From Euprymna scolopes (lineage: Eukaryota), in the NCBI GenBank assembly GCA_053919585.1, contig CM132815.1: a stretch of DNA of 64,000 nt. The stretch is one strand, 5' to 3'. Of this stretch, positions 51,111-62,529 are shown piece after piece. A program made the position numbers and the translations under genes. Position 1 is the stretch's first letter, and every line of letters starts with the position of its first letter. The notes beneath the pieces were generated by a model. It was not told the DNA's origin. It saw only the letters and a program-made list of their open reading frames with translations, and ran no database searches.

Positions 51111-53195
51111 ATCAAAGTGTAGTATCTGTTCCGGCAGATACTGCAAGCAAAGACCATATGTGGGGGCAACCCCACATATAAGACCTTGGTCAATGTAGGG
51201 GCAACCCTTCATACCAATTGTCACTATCCAGCTCCCCTACTCCCCGGGGAGTTGGTCCCCAGTTCCCCTTCACTCCTCACTTTAAAAATCGGCCTTGTGC
51301 CTAATTTGCTCGGTGGGGGAGCAAATAAATACCATCTGTTCCGGCAGATACTGCAAGCTATGACTAGCTATGACTAGCTATGACTAGAAAAGACCAGATG
51401 TGGGGGCAACCCCACATGCCTGACCTTTAACCAGCTCCCATTTCCCACCTCTCGGGAGCTGGTCCCCTTTTTCCCTTCCCCCTCCCTTCACTCCTCACAT
51501 TAAAAATTGGCCTTGTGCCTAATTTGCTCGGTGGGGGAGCAAATAAATACCATCTGTTCCGGCAGATACTGCAAGCAAGGACCATATGTGGGGGCGTCCC
51601 CACATATAAGACCTTGGTCAATGTAGGGGCAACCCTTCATACCAATTGTCACTATCCAGCTCCCCTGCTCCCCGGGGAGTTGGTCCCCATTTCCCCTTCA
51701 CTCCTCACATTAAAAATCGGCCTTGTGCCTAATTTGCTCGGTGGGGTAGCAAATAAATACCATCTGTTCCGGCAGATACTGCAAGCAAAGACCATATGCG
51801 GGGGCGACCCCACATATAAGACCTTGATCAATGTAGGGGCAACCCTTCATACCAATTGTCACTATCCATCTCCCCTACTCCCCGGGGAGTTGGTTCCCAT
51901 TTCCCCTTCACTCCTCACATTAAAAATCGGCCTTGTGCCTTATTTGCTCGGTGGGGTAGCAAATAAATACCATCTGTTCCGGCAGATACTGCAAGCAAAG
52001 ACCATATGTGGGGGCGACCCCACATATAAGACCTTGGTCAATGTAGGGGCAACCCTTCAGACCAATTGTCACTATCCAGCTCCCCTACTCCCCGGGGAGC
52101 TGGTCCCCATTTCCCCTTCACTCCTCACATTAAAAATCGGCCTTGTGCCTAATTTGCTCGGTGGTGTAGCAAATAAATACCATCTGTTCCGGCAGACACT
52201 GCAAGCAAAGACCCTATGTGGGGGCGACCCCAGAGATAAGACCTTGGTCAATGGAGGGGCAACCCTTCATACCAATTGTCAATATCCAGCTCCCCTACTC
52301 CCCCGGGGAGCTGGTCCCCATTTCCCCTTCACTCCTCACATTAAAAATCGGCCTTGTGCCTAATTTGCTCGGTGGGGGAGCAAATAAATACCGTATCTGT
52401 TCCGGCAGATACTGCAAGCAAAGACCCTATGTGGGGGCAACCCCACAGATAAGACCTTGGTCAATGGAGGGGCAACCCTTCATACCAATTGTCACTATCC
52501 AGCTCCCCTACTCCCTGGGGAGTTGGTCCCCATTTCCCTTTCACTCCTCACATTAAAAATCGGCCTTGTGCCTAATTTGCTCAGTGGGGCGAGCAAATAA
52601 ATACCTCAAAGTGTAGTATCTGTTCCGGCAGATGCTGCAAGCTATGACTAGCTATGACTAACAAAGACCAGATGTGGGGGCAACCCCACATGCCTGACCA
52701 TTAACCAGCTCCCATTTCCCACCTCTCGGGAGCTGGTCCCCTTTTTCCCTTCCCCCTCCCTTCACTCCTCACATTAAAAATCGGCCTTGTGCCTAATTTG
52801 CTCGGTGGGGGAGCAAATAAATACCATCTGTTCCGGCAGATACTGCAAGCAAAGACCATATGTGGGGGCGACACCATATATAAGACCTTGGTCAATGTAG
52901 GGGCAACCCTTCATACCAATTGTCACTACCCTACTCCCCGGGGAGTTGGTCCCCATTTCCCCTTCACTCCTCACTTTAAAAATCGGCCTTGTGCCTAATT
53001 TGCTCAATGGGGGAGCAAATAAATACCTCAAAGTGTAGTATCTGTACTTCAGATGCTGCACTTCTATTTCTTGTTCACTTTCGGTGGAGGAGAAATCCTT
53101 CACGACTGAGACAATTTTTATTTTTGTACCTTTTCTCCACGTTAAAAAACGACCCTGGTGTCTAACTCTGTCCCGTGGGGAGGCATAGTAAATAG
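51111..53195 (+). mobile_element. Tandem array of 10 short structured non-coding elements (order A B A A A A A B A C), probable non-autonomous partners of the Tx1 LINE
   Basis: Unit starts at 51111/51124, 51334(B), 51552, 51762, 51972, 52182, 52393, 52606(B), 52826 and 53028(C). The A period is 210 bp. Each unit begins with U2-derived (tcaaagtgtagt)atctgt and ends in ggccttgtgcctaa-hairpin-taaata (degenerate in C). Confidence 0.8.
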
Positions 53196-53540
53196 GTACA
53201 TTAATTGCCTCTGTTAAACTATTATGATAAAAAATTACATTCCTTGTGTTCTGAAATAGTTCCTTCTGATTGGACAAGAGATTTCTCTCTGAGTAATCAA
53301 CAAGCAATTATTATTTATTTTTTATGGCGGATGGAATAAAAAGGTTTTGTTTGTTTTCGTTTTTATGTGGTATCTGGCCAGTCAACACAACAAGGGACCT
53401 ACTCCTCATTTTTAATCGGTGTTTATTAGAGTGAAACGTATTCCTAGATTTGTCTTGTTCAATGAACAATTATATCAAGAGCTGGTATTTTATTAATTAG
53501 TTTAGCAACAAGTATTTCTTCTCTTACAGTTTCAGTTAAC

Positions 53541-53756
53541 TACACGGGCGGTAAAAAGAAAGTACGCACTTGTAATTTTTTTCAAAAACTGCAAATGTAA
53601 GCCAAATTTAATGTAACTGTTTAAACAAACTATACCTCATTTGATTGGACTTATAGAGAAATAAAAGACGAATCAAATGAGGTATAGGTTGTTTAAACAG
53701 TTACATAAAATTTTGAAAAAATTACAAGTGAGGACTTTCTTTTTGCCGGCACTGTA
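53541..53756. mobile_element. Tc1/mariner-type MITE, almost fully palindromic
   Basis: Left end ta-cacgggcggtaaaaagaaagtacgcacttgtaattttt versus right-end reverse complement ta-cagtgccggcaaaaagaaagtcctcacttgtaattttt. Inner arms atgtaactgtttaaacaa.ctatacctcatttgatt are also inverted. TA at both ends. Confidence 0.9.
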
Positions 53757-53924
53757 TATTACAGCATTTTAAAACGTTTAGAAAACAAACGAACCTTATG
53801 CAATTTATCTAAGGCTATTGTGTTCCTCTTCGATGATATTCTTAAAACATTTCTGCTGAGGTAACTTGCGGTCTTCCTCAGATGAATTTCGTTGGACTAT
53901 CTGGAAGTCTCACATTAACAGCGT

Positions 53925-56900
53925 AAATTAGAAACCTCACAAGAAAAAAAGGATAGTTGTCGTACCTGAACAATGTGTGATCAATACAAATTTTTACATA
54001 TCCAAATTATGAATGTACAAGGTGAGTTCAATTAAAAACTTAACACCAGCAAAGTATGGATCGACTGGTAGGCGTACCTGAAAACTGTAAGATCAATTCA
54101 AAATCTTACTTATCCAAAGTATATATCAACAGTTAAGCTAACCGAGAAAATGTAAAATCAACTGAAAACCTTTACGTGAACAAAGTAGGGATCAACTGGT
54201 ACGCATACATGGACAATGCAAGGTAAATTAAAATCTTGAATAGTTAAAATATAGAACAACTCGTAGGCATACCTGTACAAAGAAAGATCAATTAAAAACA
54301 TCATATAAGCAAAGTATGAATGAACTGGTAGGCGTACCTGAAAACGTAAGAAAAATTAAAAACAAAACATAAACAAATTATAGATCGACTAGTAGGCGTA
54401 CTTGAACAATATAAGTAAAATTAAAGACATCAACTGAACAAAGTATACATTAACAAATAGGCTCACTTGACCAATGTAAGATCAATTAAAAACATCACAT
54501 CAAGAAAGTATAGATCGATAGGTAGGCGTACCTGAATAATATGAGATAAATTACAAAGATAGCACGAACAAAGTATTTATAAATTGGTAGGTGTATCTGA
54601 ATAACGTAAAATAAATTAATAACACCACATAACCAAAGTATGAACACTTGTATAAGTATGGATCAACGAGTAGGCGTAACTTAATACTATAAGATAAATT
54701 GACAAAATCACGTGCACAAAAAATAGATTAACTGAGAGGCGTACTTGAACACTATCACATTAATTAAAAACATCACGTGAACACAGCATTGATCAACTGG
54801 TAGGCAACGAAAACAACGAAAGATAATTTAAGAACCTCACATGAACGAAGTATTGATCAACTGATAGGTATATCTAGTCACCGTAAGATAAATTTAAAAA
54901 AGAATACATGAATAAAGTATGGATCAACTGGTAGGCGTACCTGAATAGTGTAAGATCAATTGAAAATTTTAAATTTCCAAACTATAAATCAACTTGTAGT
55001 TATACCTGAACAACGTAAGGTAAATAAAAAAAACATCAAATGAACCCCGTATGGTTTGCCTGATAGGCGTACCTCAACAATGATAATTAATGTGGATAAA
55101 CCGGTAGGCGTATCTAAACAATGTAAGGTGAATTAAAAACATCACATGCCTTAATAACGAAGGAAAAATTAAAAACATCACACGAACAATGTACACATCG
55201 ACTAGTAGGCGACCCTGAACACTGTAAGATAAATTAAAAACATCACTTGAACAAAATATGGATCAACTGGTATGTGTACCTGAACAATGCAACATCAATA
55301 AAAAGATTTAACATATAAAAAGTATGAATCGACTTGTAGGCATACTTGAACAACGTAAGATAAATTAAAAACCTCACACGAACGAAGTATGGACCAACAG
55401 GAAGTCGTACTTGAACACTGCCAGACAAATTTATGAGAGCACATGGACAAAGTAAGGAAAACTGGGTGGCATACTTGAAAAACGTAGAATCAATAAACAA
55501 AATTTAACATATTAAAAGTATAAATTAACTGGTATGTGTACTTGAAAACGTATAATAAATTAAAAACATCACACGAACAATGTATAAATCGACTGATAGG
55601 CGTATCTGAACACGTAATATAAATAAAATACATCACATGAACAAAGTATTGCTCAATTGGTAGGCGTATCTGAACATAGTAAGATAAATTTAAATGATTA
55701 CACAAACAAAGAATTGATCAACTGATAAATGGCAGAAACATTAGTGGATGACCGCCAATCTGTAGTGGAATGGAGACAAAAATGGATGGTCACATTCAAT
55801 GCTGCCAGGACTAAACTTGTTTCCTTCAATGACTACAAGAAACCTTCTCTACCACCAATAGCAATGGCCGAAGACTTTATCTGAAAGTATATATTTTAAA
55901 CTTCTCGGCCTAACGTTCACAGGACACATGAGTCGGAACAACTACATTGAGAGCATTGCCAGGACTGTTGCGAAAAAGGTAGGTTCTCTCTACCGTGCAA
56001 GAAAGCTACAAACGCCCGAAAGTGTCCTGTACCTCTATAAGGCCACCATTCACTCATGTATGGAGTATTGTTGTCATTTTTGGGCTGGTGCGTCTGCCAC
56101 TAGTCTCTCGCTCCTAGACAAGGTTCAAAAGAGAGTCGCAAACCTGATAGGTCCTGAACTGTCATTTAAGCTTCAGTTTCTGTCCCATCGACGATATGTA
56201 GCATCCCTCTGTCTGTTCTACAAGTACTTTAACGGTAAATGCTCCGACGAACTGCAAGCACTTGTACCCCCTTGACGTAAATACCCCCGACAAATCCGAC
56301 AAGCAGCAAAATCCCACCACTTCACAGTTGAGATCCCTAGATGTAAGAGAGCCTTCTACTTCAGTAGTTTCTTCCCCAGAACGGCTAGACTTTGGAATTC
56401 TCCTCCGGGTTTTTGCTTCCCCAACTGTACTGCCATGCAGAAGTTCAAGTGTAACGTGAACCGACATCTTGCTGCCCAACTCCCCACATAGTACCCCTGA
56501 TAGTAGCTCCCTGCATCAACGTGGCAATGTGCCTTGTTTGGGGTGAAAATGTAATAATAAAAAAGCGTACCTTAACACTATATGATAAATTATTAACATC
56601 AACTAAAGAAAAATAGACAAAATGGTATACGTAATTGAACAACGTTAGATAAATTATAAACCTCACAAGAACGAAGTATGATTCAACTGGTAGGCGTACC
56701 TGAACAGTGTAAGCTCAATTAAAAAGTTTTCATATAAAAAATATGGATAAAATGGTGGACATTCTGGAACAATGTAAGATAAATTAAAAAGACATCGCAC
56801 GAACAAAGTATTGATCAACTGATAGGCGTACCTGAAGAGTGTCAGATAAATGAAAAACATACCATATACAAAAGATAGATCGATAGGTAGGCTCACCTGA

Positions 56901-57170
56901 ACACTGTAAGATAAATAAAAACATCACACGAACAAAAGTTAGATCGACTGAGAGGCGTATCTGAACACTGTAAGATAGATTAAGAACATCACATAAACGA
57001 AGTATGGATCAACTGGTAGGCGTGCCTGAACAACGTAGAATAATATAAAAACATCTCATGAACGAAATAAGGATCATCTGGTAGGTGTACGTGAAGAACG
57101 TAAGATAAATTAATTACATCACATAAACAAAGCATGAATAATCTGGTAGGCGAATAAGTACACTGTAAAA
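53925..57170. repeat. Diverged ~64-65 bp tandem repeat (old part of second satellite), interrupted by a LINE fragment
   Basis: Recurring gatcaactggtaggcgtacctgaac..tgtaagataaattaaaaacatcac; agg core at 56824, 56889, 56953 and 57018. Confidence 0.9.
55728..56564 (+). mobile_element. 5'-truncated CR1/L2-group LINE inserted in a satellite monomer
   Basis: Peptides KWMVTFNAARTKL, KKVGSLYRARK, CMEYCCHFWAG, LSHRRYVASLCLFYKY and SSFFPRTARLWNS. It ends in taataataaaaaa. The flanks rejoin as gatcaactgata|gcgtacc. Confidence 0.88.
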
Positions 57171-60100
57171 TACATTTAAAAGATCACATAAACGAATATG
57201 GATCAACTAGTAGGCGTACCTAAACAGTATAAAAACATTTCAAAGATCATATGAACGAATATGGATCAACTGGTAGGTGTACCTAAACAGTATAAAAACA
57301 TTTAAAAGATCATATGAACGAATATGGATCAACTAGTAGGTGTATCTAAACAGTATAAAACATTTAAAAGATCATATGAACGAATATGGATCAACTAGTA
57401 GGCTTAACTAAACAGTATAAAAACATTTAAAAGATCATATGAACGAATATGGATAAACTAGTAGGTGTACCTAAACAGTATAAAAACATTTAAAAGATCA
57501 CATGAACGAATATGGATCAACTGGTAGGTGTACCTAAACAGTATAAAAACATTTAAAAGATCATATGAACGAATATGGATCAAATAGTAGGTGTACCTAA
57601 ACAGTATACAAATATTTAAAAGATCATATGAACGAATATGGATCAACTAGTAGGCTCACCTAAACAGTATAAAAACATTTAAAAGATCATATGAACGAAT
57701 ATGGATCAACTAGTAGGCGTATCTAAACAGTATAAAAACATTTAAAAGATCATATGAACGAATATGGATCAACTAGTAGGTGTATCTAAACAATATAAAA
57801 ACATTTAAAAGATCATATGAACGAATATGAATCAACTAGTAGGTGTATCTAAACAGTATAAAAACATTTAAAAGATCATATGAACAAATACGGATCAACT
57901 AGTAGGTGTATCTAAACAGTATAAAGACATTTAAAAGATCATATGAACGAATATGGATCAACTGGTAGGCGTACCTAAACTATATAAAAACATTTAAAAG
58001 ATCATATGAACGAATATGGATCAAATAGTAGGCGTACCTAAACAGTATAAAAACATTTAAAAGATCATATGAACGAATATGGATCAACTAGTAGGCGTAC
58101 CTAAACAGTATAAAACATTTAAAAGATTATATGAACGAATATGAATCAAATAGTAGGCTCACCTAAACAGTATAAAAACATTTAAAAGATCATATGAACG
58201 AATATGGATCAACTAGTAGGTGTATCTGAACAGTATAAAAACATTTAAAAGATCATATGAACTAATACGGATCAACTAGTAGGTGTATCTAAACAGTATA
58301 AAGATATTTAAAAGATCATATAAACGAATATGGATCAACTGGTAGGCGTACCTAAACAGTATAAAAACATTTAAAAGATCATATGAACGAATATGAATCA
58401 ACTAGTAGGCGTATCTAAAAAGTATAAAAACATTTAAAAGATCATATGAACGAATATAGATCAACTAGTAGGTGTATCTAAACAATATAAAAACATTTAA
58501 AAGATCATATGAACGAATATGAATCAACTAGTAGGTGTATCTAAACAGTATAAAAACATTTAAAAGATAATATGAACGAATATGGATCAACTAGTAGGTG
58601 TATCTAAACAGTATAAAACATTTAAAAGATCATATGAACGAATATGGATCAACTAGTAGGCGTACCTAAACAGTATAAAAACATTTAAAAGATCACATGA
58701 ACGAATATGGATCAACTAGTGGGCTAATCTAAATAGTATAAAAACATTTAAAAGATTATATGAACGAATATGAATCAACTAGCAGGTGTATCTTAACAGT
58801 ATAAAACATTTAAAAGATCATATGAACGAATATGGATCAACTAGTAGGCGTATCTAAACAATATAAAAACATTTAAAAGATCACATGAACGAATATGGAT
58901 CAACTAGTAGGCTAACCTAAACAGTATAAAAACATTTAAAAGATTATATGAACGAATATGAATCAACTAGTAGGCGTATCTAAACAGTATAAAAACATTT
59001 AAAAGATCATATGAACGAATATGGATCAACTGGTAGGCGTACCTAAACAGTATAAAAACATTTAAAAGATCATACGAACGAATATGAATCAACTAGTAAG
59101 CGTATCTAAATAGTATAAAAACATTTCAAAGATCATATGAACGAATATGGATCAACTAGTAGGCGTATCTAAATAGTATAAAACATTTAAAAGATCATAT
59201 GAACGAATATGAATCAACTAGTAGGCGTATCTAAACAATATAAAAACATTTAAAAGATCATATGAACGAATATGAATCAACTAGTAGGCTTACCTAAACA
59301 GTATAAAAACATTTAAAAGATCATATGAACGAATATGAATCAACTAGTAGGTGTATCTAATCATTATAAAAACATTTAAAAGATCATATGAACGAATATG
59401 GATCAACTAGTAGGCGTATCTAAACAGTATAAAAACATTTAAAAGATCATTTGAACGAATATGAATCAACTAGTAGGCGTATCTAAATAGTATAAAACAT
59501 TTAAAAGATCATATGAACGAATATGGATCAACTAGTAGGCGTACCTAAACAGTATAAAAACATTTAAAAGATCATTTGAACGAATATGAATCAACTAGTA
59601 GGTGTATCTAATCAGTATAAAAACATTTAAAAGATCATATGAACGAATATGAATCAACTAGTAGGCTTACCTAAACAGTATAAAAACATTTAAAAGATCA
59701 TATGAACGAATATGGATCAACTAGTAGGCGTACCTAAACAGTATAAAAACATTTAAAAGATCATATGAACGAATATGGATCAACTAGTAGGCGTACCTAA
59801 ACAGTATAAAAACATTTAAAAGATCATATGAACGAATATGGATCAACTAGTAGGCGTACCTAAACAGTATAAAAATATTTAAAAGATCATATGAACGAAT
59901 ATGGATCAACTAGTAGGCGTACCTAAACAGTATAAAAACATTTAAAAGATCATATGAACGAATATGGATCAACTAGCAGGTGTATCTAAACAGTATAAAA
60001 ACATTTAAAAGATCATATGAACGAATATTGATCAACTAGTAGGCGTACCTAATCAGTATAAAAACATTTAAAAGATCATATGAACGAATATGGATCAACT

Positions 60101-60400
60101 AGTAGGCGTACCTAATTAGTATAAAAACATTTAAAAGATCATATGAACTAATATGGATCAACTAGTAGGCGTACCTAATTAGTATAAAAACATTTAAAAG
60201 ATCATATGAACGAATATGGATCAACTAGTAGGCGTATCTAAACAATATAAAAACATTTAAAAGATCATATGAACGAATATGGATCAACTAGTAGGCTTAC
60301 CTAAACAGTATAAAAACATTTAAAAGATCATATGAACTAATATGGATCAACTAGTAGGCGTACCTAAACAGTATAAAAACATTTAAAAGATCATTTGAAC
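57170..60400. repeat. Homogeneous 63-bp satellite, ~51 copies (aaacatttaaaagatcatatgaacgaatatggatcaactagtaggcgtacctaaacagtataa)
   Basis: Period 63 (tatgaac at 59701 and 59764). Confidence 0.97.
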
Positions 60401-60914
60401 AAATATGTATATGCATATACATATGTGTATATATAGTATATATAGCTACTTGTAGGTAAATATATTGACATAAAATGGAATAAGATATTAAATCTACAAA
60501 GACAAAAATAGTTGGTAAAAATAAAATAAATAAATAAAAAACTTGAACCAAAGAGCTCGATAAATAAATATCATTTTCCAAAATTAATAAATAAAATCTT
60601 CAACTAAACAGCTAGATAAATAAATTCCATTGCCAAAATAATTAGAAGAAAGCACTTTAGAATTTCAGTATCGTAAAAAAATAATAGATAAACAGCATCA
60701 TGTGTGTGCGCCATATATTGTCTAACTGATTCTGTTTTAAGCTGTTTGTCTATTTTCCTCTATGTATATTTCACTGTCTAACAGTCTGATTTGGCGCTAT
60801 CAGATCAGGCTCTATAAAGATATTGGTTGCCTGACCTAAAATGCACTAACCATTGATGTTATTGTTTTTCCCTTTGTAAAATTAAAAATAAGAACAACAA
60901 TTTTCCTCACAGAA

Positions 60915-61680
60915 AACTACCAAACCAAACCAAACGAAACGCCATGAATAAATTTTTTTAAAAATAAAGAAATTGAATCATAACATCTTCCCCTACTCCC
61001 ACAAAAAACCCTACTAGATTCGAGATTAAATAACACGAAAAGAGCTGATATTTCGTAAAAAACAACCATATCAAAATCCATAAATATATATTTGGGGATC
61101 TAAAAAGAAAACTGAAAACATAAATATATTTTTTTAAACAATTACTGGGGTCGACATTAAATAACCAGAAAAGATGATAAACAAACAAAAACACAAACAA
61201 TAAATGGAAAACAAAACAACCAAACCAGAATCCATGAACGAATAGTTGATAATATAAAAAACTTAAAGTGTACACGTTTTCAAAATTACTGAATTCGGGA
61301 TTAAGTTACCCGAAAAGGGTTGATATGTCGTAAAATAAAAGGATCAAATAAAACTCCATGAATATTTTTTTTTTAAATAAAAAGAACTTGAAGCATAATT
61401 TTGTTTTTATTATTTACTAAATCCCGCATTAAATAACCCGAAAAGTGTTGCTATACTACAATAGGAAACAATCCAACCAAACACCACGAAATTAGAAAGA
61501 ACTTGAAACATATGTTTTCTTTTTCAAATTTACGAGATTTAACATAAAATAACCCAAAAAAAGATTTGATATTACGTAAAAAATCAACAACAATTAAACA
61601 ATGCAACCAAACTCCATGAATAAATATTTTGAAGGCATAAAACGTTTTTTTTTTTTAATTACTGGATTAGACAACACTCG
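60915..61680. repeat. Degenerate ~120-145 bp tandem repeat, ~5-6 copies
   Basis: attaaataacc..aaaag..ttgatat...gtaaaa...aaccaaac..ccatgaata recurs near 61025, 61156, 61300, 61428 and 61543. Confidence 0.7.
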
Positions 61681-62208
61681 ATAGAGAATAGATCCGATTC
61701 TAATAAATACGTAATCTGCATAAATTAAAATATAGGAGATACAAGTTTTCACAGTTAAACAACGTCGCAGCTTACACAAGCCATGAACGTGCCAGTGAAT
61801 CCACTTATTACATCCATCACACTTACTGAACTTCAAACCAACATTGTCAGAAACCGTAGCTTTTTTCTTTTTTTGCGAGTGCTGTAATATGTATTCTGGT
61901 TTCGCTAAAATCAACTGACAAATTTCAAAAGAGAATCCCGAAACGCAAGCGACCTCTTCAACTAAGACTAAGTCAATCACATTGAAAGTATCATCGAGTG
62001 CAAAGCCCGCGGAATAAAAGGAATTGTCCGCCTTAACTTTCTAAGGATATGAAACTCCGAGTAAGAAAAGAGAATATTAATTTTCATGTTGAACTCTTCG
62101 AGGATATTCATAGAGTACGGAAATTATGTTAGCCAAGCAGGAATAAAACATATTGTATGAAAATAATATATAATGCTGTTTCTCTTATATACGTATTTTT
62201 ATGGTTAA

Positions 62209-62209
<1 letters not shown>

Positions 62210-62253
<44 letters not shown>
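62210..62253. repeat. (TA)n microsatellite
   Basis: Direct observation. Confidence 0.95.
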
Positions 62254-62257
<4 letters not shown>

Positions 62258-62280
62258 TTTTTTATTATAATGATTAAATA

Positions 62281-62325
62281 CCTACTGACGCTAGTGTTTC
62301 ATCCTTACGGATATCTTCAGCGCCG
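62281..62325 (-). ncRNA. Candidate minimal type I hammerhead ribozyme (probably degenerate)
   Basis: Minus strand: CTGAAGA-t-atcc-gtaa-ggat-GAAAC-actagc-GTC. Stem II has a GNRA loop and loop III is near palindromic. Stem I pairs poorly. Confidence 0.55.
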
Positions 62326-62332
62326 GGTGTCA

Positions 62333-62422
62333 CGATTAACACCAGTCGACAGATCGAACTCGGTAACACGACCATCCCTGGTTCGATTAGCAATAGCCGT
62401 ATCCATTCGGCTACCATTAACC
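62333..62422 (-). mobile_element. tRNA-derived SINE-like head
   Basis: Minus strand has box A tagccgaatgg and box B gagttcgatc, a hairpin tagccg/cggcta, and terminal pairing ggttaat/gttaatc. It is not a canonical cloverleaf. Confidence 0.6.
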
Positions 62423-62529
62423 GCGTGAAATAACGTTGAATTTAAACATTTTAATTTTAAGTGTTCTTTACATCAGTCAGACAGTGATCTAATCGTTATA
62501 CGATGTTCTATGCAGAAGAGCTAAATTGA

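Noticed and set aside
51515-52363. 282-aa ORF through the 210-bp units (potential endless ORF on a circle)
   Set aside because: It has no ATG start and is broken in subtype B and unit 6. A 70-codon stop-free frame among six is not rare ((61/64)^70 is about 3.5% per frame), and variation tracks RNA stems.
53046-53195. 3' half of a U2 gene (atttttg Sm-like site, ctccacg, cgaccctgg)
   Set aside because: The matches are short and misplaced, and the segment aligns much better to the array unit tail (subtype C).
62333-62422. Functional tRNA gene
   Set aside because: The boxes are present, but anticodon and T arms do not form a canonical cloverleaf.
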